Shown here in pieces: positions 1 through 13,697 of a DNA stretch of 64,000 nucleotides. Source of the DNA: Daphnia carinata (taxonomy: Eukaryota). Where the stretch lies: positions 4,278,001-4,342,000 of the forward strand of contig NC_081332.1 in NCBI RefSeq assembly GCF_022539665.2. The letters are read 5' to 3'. Both the position numbers and the translations under genes were made by a program. Within the stretch, counting starts at the first letter, position 1, and the number at the start of each line of letters is the position of its first letter. The notes under the pieces are model-generated. The model was given only the letters and a program-made list of their open reading frames with translations. It was not told where the DNA came from and did not search any database.

Positions 1-3000
1 ATCAACATGTTCATTAGGACGCAAAGCGGAGAACTTCCCCGTGTCTGCTGTTAACTAAGAGAGCACATTGACGCCGTCAAAGTGGGCACAGCAAACTTGT
101 AGTTTCACCGTTCGTCTACGAAGTATTTCAATTATTAACTGCTACTTGCGCGTGAGCGTCATTGTTTGCGTGGGACGATTACGTTTAAAAACAAACCAAA
201 AAACAAAAATCATGAATTCCATTTTAACTGGACCATCTCCAATTACTGAGATAAACAAAATTCATTTCCGCATTTTTCTTCCGTTGCGGTTCAAGCCAAA
301 GATGAACAACGTTGCCGCGTCTGGCTCGTTGTGTCAATCGAAATGGCTAATGAAGAGACACGCACACGTCACCGGACTATTTTGGCCCGTTTTTATTTTT
401 TGAAGGGAAGAGCTTCACAACCTGATGGCTCATCACATGAGCCCACACAAACGGGGAGGTTAGAAATGTTAATTACCAACCCTAATGGAGAATGAACGCT
501 TGCCAATAATTTTGTTTTTGAGAAATGTTTTCAGTGGGCGGTCAAGGTTGAATGTCACACAGTGACGTCTTAAAAACAAAAAACAAAAAAAAAAACGACA
601 AAACAAAATTGCAGACGAAAGATAGACGCATTTTGCTAGACATCGCTGTTCCAAAAAAAATCGTCTACAAGTTTTTTCTCTTTTTTTTTTTTTGTTGTGA
701 AGACAGGAAATTCAATGTCACGACAGGAAACGTCAAAGTCGTATCGAAAATTAATTGACGTTCAAGGATTCAATCACGCCCAGACGCGAGTGAAAAGATT
801 ACGTAAAACATTTAAAGGGCGAAACGCAATTCGTTTGATTTAAACACGCGCCAATCATTGCCTTTGTACTTTCAAAACAATTCGATAACACTGTCAATAA
901 TACGCCCGTATTTATGAATGACATTGTAAACATCAAGTAAGACTATATATACCAAAAAAAAAAAAAAAATGAAGAAGAAAAACAGACGTCTCCTTATACG
1001 AGCGACTATTAGCTTCTAATTGGGTCAACTGATATCGAATACTATTTACGACGGCTTCTTCCATAAGACACTGTTACGTTATGGGTATATAGTTCAGCAG
1101 CCGACATTCGTGTCTATACGTAAACATATTCCGTTCAACTTGGATAATAAAAGTCCTCCATGACCCCTCCCCGTCTTTAATAACTTGCTCACCAAACGCA
1201 AACTCGATTGAACTTTTTTCATAACCAAATAAAAGTTTACCAACGACGTTCACAATTCGGGACCAAAACATTAATAAACACATTAGCAATAATTTTTTTT
1301 TTTAATCCAACGACTATTAATAAAAAAATGAATTTTTTAAAGTTAATAGCTGTTAATGAGGTTACCATTGGCTCCCGATAAATAAAACAAACGATCTACC
1401 ATAGTTATCTACAACGACATTCTTTTTTTATGCGACAGAAAAACATGATGAACCATTCCGATTTGGCTCAACAAAAGGAAGAAAATATCCTTCTTTTTTT
1501 TTTTTTTGCGGTCGACCGGCCCCTTGACTGCGGGATATCTCGTGACGACCCTTTGCCCAAAGATCCCCTCTTTAAGAACCCCCCTTCAAAAAAAAAATAT
1601 ACCGGATTTAACGACAGAAGGAAACTTGCTACTACTAGACTTGTACTAAAGGATTACGACCGTCAGTCTAATCACACAGCATCACAGATACGACCCTCTT
1701 TGCTACGGACTCCCGTTCCCCCCCCCCCCCCCCTTCTTTTTTTTTCTTCTTTTCTCTATGCGACTGTTTCACGGTGAAGGCTTTCCGCCTAGTGCCAAAT
1801 GATGAACTCGGCGGATAACGAGAGGGATAGTAGGCAAAAAGGGGGGGGGGGGGAGATGCTTTTGTGTTAACAGAGGAAACGAAAAGGAGAAGAGACAAAA
1901 GCTCTTGCTTGATCAAGTCGGGGGGGGGGGGCTATTGTCAACGTGATGATGTTGTCTCATCCTCTCTGACGTTTCCCTCTCTCGATCGGCTTTATATTTT
2001 AGTCCAACGAGTAAAGCTGCTGGCTCTCTGTGTTAAGCGAAAATGGGGAAGAATTCATCAAGCTAATTGAAACTGTAATTCCCCCCTCAAATTATTTTTT
2101 TGTTTCTAATAGACAAGAGGCACACATTAAGATTCAATCGATCGATGAATATTAAACGCTAATAAGCACCCATTTTCAATTCCTTGATTTTTTCTTAAGA
2201 AATAAGGCCCTGCCTTTTTTCTTTCTTACTCACATCGATAACATTTATGAAATGTTGATCTTGATCCCGTGGGCGAAAAAAAAAAAAAAAAAAAAAAACA
2301 AGCAAGAAAAGCAATGAGCTTTATTTATGGGGGAAGATGATGGAAAATTATGCCGTCTATCGGCGTGATGAAATTTGATTGGCATTCATCCAAACGAAAA
2401 AAAAAAAAAAAAACAGGATCACATACAAGAAATGGAAATAAAATTAAGAGACAAAAAAACAAACGCCTACGCTCGTTGTAGCTAAATACGGCCATGTTAC
2501 TCTGCGTTAGTGATCGTATCATTGAAGATTATCCCCGACTGATAGTATCTCATCAATTTTTTATTAGATCATAATTCAGATTTTCTTTCCCATCTTTTTT
2601 TTTATTCGACGGCAAAAATGCACCAATTAACCCCGACGATCCCCATCAAGTCTACTACACTGCAATAACTCATTTAATTGATTTCAAACTTTTCACGAAT
2701 AATCCACGAAATTCTTTTGCTCTTCAGATTAGAAAACAAAAATAATCGTTTTTGCTTGATTTATCGATCTGCGTCAATGTTTCACGATTGAAATAAACGG
2801 GTTTTCATCATCGAGATGCAAAACAAAAAAGGAGGGAGGCTCTTAATAAAAGAAAACATCTTTTTTTTTGTTGATAACGAGAACTAGCAAAAACATCAGA
2901 GATCAATGATTGAAAACATCAAGAAAAACGAAACTACGACCCAAACCGAAGGCAGGCATCCTTCGAATATGCCTTTAATTTCCTGCATCCTCTTTTTTAC

Positions 3001-3665
3001 TTACATGTTTTACTTGTTTCCATCAATTAGACATCACTGCAGTGAACTCAGAGTTACCACGACGACATGTTTTAACCCACCCCCTCTTTTTGTTGATTCC
3101 TACAGCTCCTCTGCGTATGACATCCCTCCGTACATTTTGTTTTTCCCAGCATTGAAGAGAAAAAAAAAACATGATGAATGGCAAACAAGTCAAACCTACT
3201 CCGATGTAGCCAATCAAAAAAAAAAAAAAACTTTACGTCAAAGAAACAAAAAAAGAGGCTCATATTTCCTTCACGTCACACACGTGAAAAGACAATTAGA
3301 AACAAAAGGGGGGGGGGCGCGAGCCTTTTCTATTATTACGACGCATTATGCGCAACATTTTTAATTAACAGAACGGTTAGTCGTGCGCATAACGTGTCTA
3401 AATACAACCGACATTCGAATAGATTTTAAAGGAAAATTCCCTAGGAGATGGCAAAGTGCTGTAGTAGATCACATTTATCTCAAATTCTATCGCCTCCCTC
3501 ATTTTCGCCACTACCACAAAACATTAAAAAACATCTCCAGTCTACAATGGTTTATTGACTTTAAGACTACGCCGTGCCTCTTGTGCAACACTAACAGGCT
3601 ACTAATTAATCTCTTGTGTTGAGCCGCTATTTCGCCCTGGGTAGATGTACAAAGTAGATCTATCT

Positions 3666-3684
3666 ACACACACACACACACACA
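3666..3684. repeat. (AC)n microsatellite
   Basis: Direct reading. Confidence 0.85.
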
Positions 3685-5442
3685 CAGATATGCTGTTAGT
3701 TGTAGATACATTATATACATCTTCATTATAATTGGCTGGTGATGCGGTGGAACCGCTAGAGAGATAGAAAGTCGGAAGCGAGTGGGCTGATATATACTTA
3801 TTATACAAACAGATTAATGGCAGTCGGGGAAACTGCTTTAGTTACTGCTGTATATATAAGCATATTAAATAGAAAAAAGAGATCAACATTCATTCACCAT
3901 AGGCACAGGAGAAAAAAAAACGGGTAGTGGGGGGCGTTGTGATTAATACGATTGGGGGGATTTAAGAAAAAAAACGGGCGAAAAACAATCGCATTTGTTA
4001 TTGTATAAAACTACGCCATGTATGCAACTACACACTCTTAATTAGTGTGTATTTAGGGCTTCAAGTCAACAACCCCTTCAGCCTGAAAAAAAAAGGGATA
4101 CAATCGAGTGCTTATGTGCGTATAATGAGCAGCGCCTTGCATTCTCAGCTGTTTGCCTTTTTGCTTGTGGTGCAAATAAAGGATTTTCTTTTTGTTTTTA
4201 TCCTTCCTCTTTTTTTTTATTGGGATGCATTAAAAACAAACAGGAAAAAACGGCACAAGCGACCGCACGACACTGTAAGCCCCTCGGGGGTTATAAACGC
4301 TATACACACTTTGCGGCCTGCGGGATTAACGCTACCCCCAAGACAGTCAAGAAAACATCCCGAGATTTTTTTTCCCCCTCAATTTTCTACCCAGAAAATA
4401 TATTAAGTATTTACAAAAATTAAAGATTCTACCAAACTCTGAGAAAATCGATAATCTCGTAGCATCTCAAAACCATCACCTGTAGCTATATTGAAATACT
4501 CCCGTCAATAAGATTAATAGTTTCCCAGTTAATCAATAGAGGGCGTTTTCCCTTATCCTACACGTACGTTTTCAACAGATATATCGATATGGGGAGCTGT
4601 ACTTCAATTGAAATCGAGAGTACATCGCACGAAAAAAACAAAAAAAAAGAAAAATAGAATTTGTTTTAAAGAGTGTAAGTACCCACAGGGCTTTTTACAA
4701 TAATAATAATAACACTATATTCCTTTTTAGGGGGATAAGTGTGTGCCTGCCAGCCTGTTGGATAGGGTTTTTTTTTTTCTTCTTTCTTCTAGCCTCTGCG
4801 GGAGTCACGCAGCGGGCGGATTGTAATATACACCGGCTAACAAAGGTTCGGCGACCTTTTCACGCGAAGAAACCGACAACGTGATTGCAAACGATTTAAA
4901 ATGCGCAGCTACGACAACGGTTCTTTTTAACGAGAAAATAATAAAACCCATTTACCTATTAATAATATCGATCAAACATGACCCTCTGTGTCCCGTTTAA
5001 TTTCACAAAAAGGGTGCCAAAGAGAACGCCAACAGCATTTTTTTATTTTGCCGATCCATAAAAATGAACGATTCGATAATCAGCTGCTGTCAAACCACTT
5101 CACGAAGGGCCAACACGTCCGACCCTTTTTCCACAATAAACTGGTGCCAAAATACTTGAACCAAAAGGGGATTTAAAAAGAAAGAAAACAAGTCACGTGT
5201 CTTTGCCGGACGTACTGAGCGTTTAACCCGCTCACAAAGTTTTCTTTAAAGAAAAAAAAAAAAGGGGGGGGGGGGGGTGCGAGTTGAAGAATTGCAGCAT
5301 TTCATAGCGAAAAACTATCAGTTGTGTGCGCGCAGGTCAAATGCGATATGTAGACGGACAAGGGGACGAAACGGGCCCATTCTATACGCAGAACACTTGA
5401 TACCATGATACCTGTTTCGGGATGCTTGAGCTCGGCAGCCGT

Positions 5443-5793
5443 TCAGTCTGTCGACGGAATCCTAACGGATCTCTCTCCTCCCACATCCGCTCGTCCCGCA
5501 AATTCCCAAATTTTTTAGTTTGACAAATGAATTCCATTCGATTTTGAACTTTGAACAATTGCTAAACGAGCTGGGCTTCGAGACGTGGATTTGTTTTGTG
5601 TTAAAAAACTTTTGAAATCAAACAAAAGGCGCGAAAAGATTTAAGAAAATGGCCTACACGCGGCTACCGGATTTGTTTTCTCCTGTTCAATGTGCACTAA
5701 AAACTTTACAAGTGTGAAAAAACAAAAACTTTGAAAACGAATCTGTGCTTCTACAAACGTCAATCTTCTTTGATTTAATCGCAGAAAATCACG
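5443..5793 (+). promoter_or_regulatory. Putative TSS and non-coding first exon (5' UTR) of the + strand 5-HT1 receptor gene
   Basis: Arthropod initiator-like TCAGTC at 5443-5448, strong donor ACG|GTAAGA at 5793/5794, and acceptor tctcttgtgcatgcAG at 13624-13625 just upstream of the ATG at 13698. Motif inference only; no transcript evidence. Confidence 0.4.
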
Positions 5794-6454
5794 GTAAGAT
5801 TTTTTTTTTTTTGTTTCCAAATTCAAACATCTGCTAGTCACGAAGAAAAAGATGTCAACAACTTTGCTCGTTAAATGTTATAAGATTTATCTCGGTGCGA
5901 CGTTGGGAATAAAGAAAACACAATGGTGGCAAGTACCGACGGCGGCAACTCACGTCGCATTCCAAGTGTCTACGCAAACATGAGAGCCGCACCCACTTTT
6001 GCAGCGTAAACTTTTACACAATGATATGATGGCCTCTCCTCTGCTATTGTGCAATTGCCAGTTGTTGACTTATTCTCTCCCGCGTGCAAAAAAGTCTTTT
6101 CTTATTCTGTCTTTTCGGAACGCCAACAACCAGATCCTTTTTACGGCCCGAGGGCAATCGAGGTCTTGGCGGGTTGTTTGAAAAATAACACCCACGCACG
6201 CAGCCCAGACGACAAATGTTGTATAAAAGGGGAGGAAAGTGAAACGACCGAAACTCTTGTAGAATAACATATACACACGCACGCACGCAGCGAAAAAGAA
6301 AAAAAAAATTAAGGCCCTATGTGTCGCTGCTGCCGTTGATGGTGAAGAATCGCAACAGCTCGAGAATAAAAGAGAAAGGGGCAACATCACATATAGAAAA
6401 AAAAGAGAGAGAGATGAACCGTTTGAAAGAGAAAAGAGGCAATCTCGGTAAGTG

Positions 6455-6480
6455 TATATATATATATATATTTATATATA
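6455..6480. repeat. (TA)n microsatellite, one interruption
   Basis: Direct reading. Confidence 0.85.
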
Positions 6481-6726
6481 GGGGATATAGATGGCCTTCC
6501 GCTTCTAGGTTATAGGTTACAAACAAGTAAAAGAAAACAAAAGATTAACCCGTGCAACAAACCCCAAAGAGTCGATGTGTAAAACAAAAAAAAAAACGGT
6601 GCAAAATGGTGTGAACGGTTGAAGGGCAATTGTCTTGAAACGCGCCACGGTTGTGGCAATCGTGAGGAAAACGGGTGCACAGTTTCCACTTGAATCGTAA
6701 TCATTTTGATCTTTTTTTCTTTCAAC

Positions 6727-6757
<31 letters not shown>

Positions 6758-7365
6758 AATTTAAAAAACGGAAGGGAAAAACAAAATGTGTCCTTCCTTT
6801 TTTGCATTTTTTCCTTCCCCCCTCTGGTTATTATTTCCTACTCATTATTATCATCCGCTTAGTAGTCTGCTTCATTATTGGAGAGCAGACGAAACTGATG
6901 ACGTGACTCTCGGAGACGACACGAAAACGCAGCGTGTCAAACGGCGCTGATAGACGTCCCTCATTATCATTTCAGTCGATATTTGTGCAAACTCGACAGC
7001 ACCAGACCAAATCGATAATCCAAATTAAAATCAAAACGATACAAAATCCATCCCTCCGTAGCATTTTTCTTTTTTTTTTCGTGAGCGTCAGTTACATCGT
7101 CTGCGACCGTCTTTTGTTTCAGTTAACTAACGAGATCGTATTCTCATTTCGTTGAGGTCGTTTTTTTACACCGTTTTTATTCTAAATGGAAATAAATTTT
7201 AAAAAAAAGGAAAAATCAAAATAGATAACAAGTGTAAAGAAAAACTGCAAAGACATGGCGGAAACGATGTCTTTGCGTGTACACGGATCGTTCGTGAAAA
7301 TGGGCCAAATCAAGACAAGCTGCACGGAGAAGACCCAATCAGAAGCAGCCAAACTCACGCGCCAA

Positions 7366-7398
7366 ATACAACAAAATGAGTTTACAACAAAATGAGTT
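7366..7398. repeat. Short tandem duplication (ACAACAAAATGAGTT x2)
   Basis: Direct reading. Confidence 0.7.
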
Positions 7399-10300
7399 CA
7401 CAAAAAAAAAAAAAAAATTCTCTTGTTATCAATAAGAAAAATAAATAAACGATTATGAAGAGCTTCCGCGTTGATTTGCATGTTAATCAATTCCTGTTCA
7501 TCTAGCGGGAAAAAAAAAACGGGATAAATCATCTTCAACTGTACGGCCTATGTAAAATTTTATAGATTCCCTCGGTCTATGATAAGAAGATATGCGCATC
7601 AGATTCACCGCACACAAGCCACTGGCAGCATTGACAGATGGCGTGTGTCTGTATGTGACAGGCGAGGAGGAAAGAAAGAAAAAAACTGGCAAGGAGCTGC
7701 CAGGAGCTGGAGTGGGCCAATCTTTTGTCAAGGAGTCGAGTGTGTGTCAGAGTCTTCGAAGAAGAGAGAGTGGCAGCATCTGACTTATCTCCCCCCCCCC
7801 CCACAATTCTTTATTTGTTGTCTATGATGACGTCAGTTTTTTTTTTCGTGATGATAAGGGAGCCCAAAAAAGGTGCGCATCTTGATCTACAAAGCGAAGA
7901 TGGATATCGTCTAATTTTGTCAAAACTAGGAAGGAAAATCATCATTGGCTCTTGACGTGTCAAATTCCACGGAATCACAAAAAGAATACGAAAAAAAAAA
8001 TGCATTCGGTCTTGTATTTTAATGAAGACGTGCGGCATATTTCACACCATAGGTTATTTTTAAAAGAGGGCAGAAAAAATAAATTCTAAAGGGGTCGTTC
8101 TACGCATTTTCTTTAGATTTTTATTTTTCCCTGCCTCTACCCGTTCTCGCTTTTCACGGTGTATTGATCCGGCAAGCAAGCGCAAACATCATACATCCTT
8201 CTCCTCCCACTCTGTTGTTAGACTTCCGTCTCTTTCGATCCTACCCACTCTCTCGGCATTCGCCGATTGATTTCATCCCCTTTTTTTTCAAACATTTTTT
8301 TTTTGTTGTTGTTGTTTCAGTTTTCTTTCCCCCGACTGTTTGACTATACAGTAAAAGTGGGTGTCGATGAATGAAAAAAGGGATGAAAGTCAATGACAAA
8401 AGATCTAATATTTGACAAAGCCAAACACAATAATTCCGCTATTCTCAATCCTGTATCGAAAAAAAAAATGGCATTTATTTAATATCAAAGGCGTCCTCCG
8501 ATTGTGTTTGTTATAGACACAGACTTGAAGGCCCCCTTCCTTCTTTTTAGACAAATGGATTTGAGATGACAAGATCACGCACAAAAAGCTTTTTCTTTTC
8601 CGCCGTAGTTTATTAACTCGCATGTATCGTCACGTTTGCTCGCAATCGATTTAGATTCTTATCGCGCCCTTCTTTTTTTTAAATGACACCAACAATACAA
8701 GTAAAAAATTCGATTAAAACTTTAGTATCTTTTTTTTACCTAGAATCATTCAGCCATTATTCACAGCTGGCTGATCTCTTGGCTCCCCCCCCCATCGTTA
8801 ACTATCGAAAACATATTGAGCTTCGCTAACAATATAAAAACGATTGTCTATTGACAATCCTTACGAAATGGCTCGAAAAAAAAGTTCTGTTTCGACACAG
8901 ACGATTTGCAGACGTTTTCCTTTGCCAAAAAAAAATATATATTGTTTTCCCATACAAAATGGGTTGGCCAACTTCCTTCCGCACACAACCGGAAATATTA
9001 TTTACATGCTGCACCGTTTCCTTTCGATTTTCTTGTGTGGCTTTGCAATTCGTACGAAAATCGTGAAATCAATAAACTTTTTTTGACGGGCTGGCATCGA
9101 TGAACAGCCGCCACACAAGCAAAAAAAAAAAAAATATTGTATGCACCGTGATGGGATAAGAAGGGATAAAGAGCGCAAGAAAAGAAGAAAAGCCCAGACA
9201 ACAGCATCAGAGAGTAGGAGGGAGGTAGTAGAAGGAGGGCAACGGAGCGTGATGATATATACCACCTGACACGAACAGACTGTGTGGCTCTTCCCTTTAT
9301 CCATTTTTATTCTCAAATAAAAAATTATTTTTTTATATACACACACACACACACAAAATATGAAATTTATTGGAAAAAGTAGGTCGACAAAGTATTGACC
9401 AGAACGGCTAACTTTTTTCCCTCTCTTTACACGAGTCTTCTTTTTTATCACAGCCATCCGAGCGGGAATAATGGCTCCTGTTACAAAAAGAAAAACGGCC
9501 GATCCGCATATTGACTTCACGTTTTTTATTTCGTGAACGCTCCGTTTATTTAAAAAATGGGCAGTAATCGGATGGAAATTGAGAACGCATGAGAGAAGTA
9601 GACAGATTTGAAACGGATGGAATACAACGCTTCATCGCATTTGCATCGATGATGAGCGTGTGACCACTGGAACCGGAAACTCCATCACGAATTCCTTTGA
9701 AGGAACATCATCTTTTGGCATAGCGCATAAAATACGAGATTTTCATGCTGGCAGACTCCTCCATGCAAAAAAGAAAAAAACGGCTTCCGAGTCAGCAAAA
9801 GCAACGAGTTTCAAATCAGACCATTAATGTCATTGTTTCAACTGGCAACGCTAAAGAGAAAACGCTCGTTAAGTGCGCGCGCCCTCTGCTAGCAATTGCA
9901 AAACCCTCTCGGTTTTTTTTTTTGTTTTGTATGCAGTGGATCAAACGAAACGTGTTGAATAATGAACGCGTACGAGAGAGCTTTATGAATTCCTCCGGTG
10001 CGCTGAAGACGAACAAGAGATTTTCTCAAAAACGGAATTGACTTTTCTTATTCTTTACCCGACACACGCCCTATCAACATCCGTCTGTAAACAGCACCAA
10101 CGAAGAGAGGGAATCTTCCGCCTTGTCCTCCTTCAACCCCTGCCCGCCCCTGGAGGGAGGGGGGGGGGTTAAACCGAAAGCAGAGCACGTACACAGACAT
10201 ACGCATAGAAAATTGATCATTAAAAATGGCTGATTTGGCTGCAACTATTAACGTCTATAATTCTCTCGGAAATATATCGCAACACATTACAGCTGAAACG

Positions 10301-12674
10301 TATCGTCATTAAAACAATCCCATTTGAAAAGGCTTCAACAGGCCCCGTATTATTTCGATGATTTTTTGCAAGGGGCGAGGACGGATTTCAAATCCTTCAA
10401 AAAGCTCGACGGCTGCCATCTTATGGAAATTGGTTCTCTTAATGATCCTACTCGACCCGACCACTTTTACCCGTCGCTAGTCACGCGTCTTCCAATACCG
10501 TCACGAGTTCAAGCTTCAAATGAAAGATGACGAATCCCGAAAAAAAATTGGTACTCTTCGCCATGACATCCATCGAGAAAAACATTTTTCTAAATGGCGA
10601 TAAATTTAAAAACACACAAACCAGAAAGTAAAAATAATTTTTTAAGTGTAGCGCAAAAACATTTTTGATTAAAAATCGTGAAAAAAAAGGGGGTCTGGTA
10701 ATGGAGCGTTTTTCGAATTGCGCACGACGCCGCACAATCTTGTCCGCGTTTTCCATCTCAGATACAAAACAATAACTTTTCGAGAAAAAAAAAAAAAAAA
10801 AAACCCATCAAGAACAAAGGGAGCAGACGATGGATGTGGTAGACGTTGCTATTGAAGGGTGGCTAAGGCCACAAAGTGCGTTTGCCCAACATAAGGGATA
10901 TCGGTTGAATTCTGAAAAGAAGGGAAGCGTGTTATGGCATAAAGAACACCCAAGTAAAAGGATATATTTATAGAGCTGTGTGTTTGCCAGTATACTAAGC
11001 AACAGACACACAAGTCCATAGATAAATATCAATAACTCATCGTTGTGGTGGTTTCGGCGTTAGCCTCAGGAGGGAAAAAAAAAAAAAAAAAAAAAAAAGG
11101 ACCATCGCAATAGACAAAGAATAAGGGGCTGGAAGTGTATTCGAAGCAACACGAAGCGGCGCCAGAGACAGAAAGAGAATGATTGGGATGAGCTGTGTAT
11201 AATTGAATTGCAACTGCGATCTATACGCGCAAGAAGTTTTCTTCGTCTTCTTCCCTCCTCCCCCCCCCCCTTCATAGACACTCAATAGAGTTCGTGTAAT
11301 GAATGTCGTGCATCCGAGCAATTCCAGTCGAGTAAACACAACGTTCAAAAAAACAAGAACGGCTATTTTGTTTAGCCACAATCGCTAAAAAGCAAACGGC
11401 TAATAGAATTGTTATCAAAGAGAAAAGGGAACACCAAGAAAAGAAATATCAACAGCAACGACACATTCGTTTCTTTTTCTTACTCAAAAAAGGGCAAGCT
11501 TCTCGTATAGACTGCGATCTTACTGCCAATTCTTTTTCGTTGTGTGAAAGGCGGATCAGCAGTCGGCTGTCAGTCAAGGGGTCGTTCAAACTTCCTTTTA
11601 AGGAGTTACACGAACAATAAGAAACGACGAGCTTATGTTCGGGGACTGTTTGTGTGTGTACTAGATGACCTTTCCCTCTCGAAACCACCAAACTCGTTCA
11701 TCATACCTCCGCGAAAAAAAGAAATAGAAAATTAGAACTGCAATTTCGCGTGACTACAATGATTGTGATGTGCGTATTGTTGGGCTCTTTAAACTCTAGT
11801 GGATTTAATTTCGCTAGAATCGCAGCCGGAAATGAGATCTCCTGTGTTCGACGTGACGTTATAATAATAAAATACTTTTACTAACGAATGCTCTTTTTTT
11901 TTTCACCCTAAATAAAATTCACGGAGGAAAAGCCAACATGAAGAGAGGGTACGAGAAAAGTTGTGATTAATGTTGCAAATCAAGTGAAGTAACAAGTTCC
12001 ATTGGAGCAAAAGTGTCTGAAAACCAGTAGTTAATTCATCACCGCCTCAATATTTATAGGAAAAATCAATCGATAGACAGATGACCCCCCCCCTCCCCCA
12101 GAATCCAAGAAAAACGGAAAACCTTTTCTTACGAACCCGATACTTTGTCTCTCCCAAAACTTTTAATTTATTACTACAACCATTTTTTTGCATGGACAAC
12201 TTCGAAAATGGTCATGTATCGACGTTATTTCATGACCCGCTAATTTAAAGGGAAGCCCCCCCAAAACCTCAGTAAAATGATTCAACTCGAAATGTTTTAA
12301 AAATAGGACAAGTTTTCAATAAAGAAAAAAAGATGATAAAAAAAAAGTTTTAGTAATTGGTGCGATGGGGTACATGGTTCCTTATTAGACGCAGGTTGTC
12401 GTACCAACGGGCGACCCTTCCCATTTGCTTTGATAGCCAACGTATTCAAATTACAAACATATTACTAATCAAACAAGCAATTACGTTGGATTCCCCTGTC
12501 TTCATTGATCTCTTTCGAAAAAATTGCAGACGGCCCACTAGAAAAAAAAAAAATACCGCAATAGTTTCAATTAATAAATTTCACTTGGGCAACAATACAA
12601 ACAGCATCGCTTTAATAAATATGTCAATTTTCAGAGACAGCAGATCAAAGTGACGCAAACAAAAATGGGAAATG

Positions 12675-12729
12675 AAAAAACAGATTCTCAAAAAAAAACA
12701 GATTCAAAAAACAGAAAAAACAGATTCTC
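12675..12729. repeat. Imperfect tandem repeat of AAAAAACAGATTC (about 3.5 copies)
   Basis: Direct reading. Confidence 0.75.
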
Positions 12730-13697
12730 GTACAACGGGTCACGTTCATTGAAAATATTAAAAATAGAAAAACATTTCATCGTGATGGGATGAAAATTTT
12801 TCGTGAATAAGGGGATACGACCATTTGGCGAAGTCTAAAAGCATCGTACAGTGTGACCCCAGGCAGAGCTTCGTTTGCTAACAAGGTCCCACCAGATTTT
12901 ACGTAACCCAATATCTAATCGGCGGAATGTACTCTGCGTAATGGCATTTAAAAGCATTTTCCACACATGTTGGTTAAATCTGAACATATTTTTTTTTTTT
13001 TTAATGGGAGAGAATAATTTCGCTTTGAATTGCAAGAAAATAAAGATGGCGGCAAAAAGAGTGCAATCATTTTCAGGGCTTTTTTTTTTTTCATCAGGTA
13101 ATGAGATGCGCTTCAGTTAACTCAATGTTCGAAATTTAACTGCAGAGCAGCTATTAGACCTTGTCGCCTATCACTTTTCCTTTGATCATTTTCCATTTTT
13201 ATTTAAATCGATTTAAATTAGAATGCTACATCATCAACGAACATTTCTTTTGTTTTCCTCTAAAGAAACAACTTTCGTTAAATGGTAAATTGAAACAAAA
13301 TTGGAATTCAATTTCTGAATGAAAAATATTTCATTCGCCAAATTGAAAATACAAAAAAAAAAAAGAATCCATAATCAAAAAATTTGCTCACGTGAAAACA
13401 ACGCGAGCCAAAACAAAATCAAATTACTCGCAGAAACGACTATTGATTAAAAGATGAACCTCAAATTCAATACGATAACACTAAACGCAATCGCATTCTT
13501 ATTCAACGCCCGTAACTACTCTCATCTTTACACAAGTGATCCTATTGTTAAACGCTTTTTTCTAATCAAAAACAAATACAAAACGTCCATTATCAAGTAC
13601 TAACATGTCTCTCTTGTGCATGCAGGAAACGTCCACAAACAAAAAAAGAAAAAAAGAAAAAAAGACGGGAAGCCCGGAAGGGCCCTGGGTAATCAAC

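Noticed and set aside
68..13120. Many 60-170 aa ORFs in the upstream region (e.g. 2906-3364 +, 9002-9520 -)
   Set aside because: Dominated by homopolymer-derived K/F/G/P runs, with no domain or consistent splice structure; consistent with random non-coding ORFs.
13605..13697. In-frame upstream ATG extension MSLLCMQETSTNKKRKKEKK
   Set aside because: The ATG overlaps a plausible acceptor region and the extension is A-run derived. ATG 13698 (CAACATGG) has better context. Not fully excluded.
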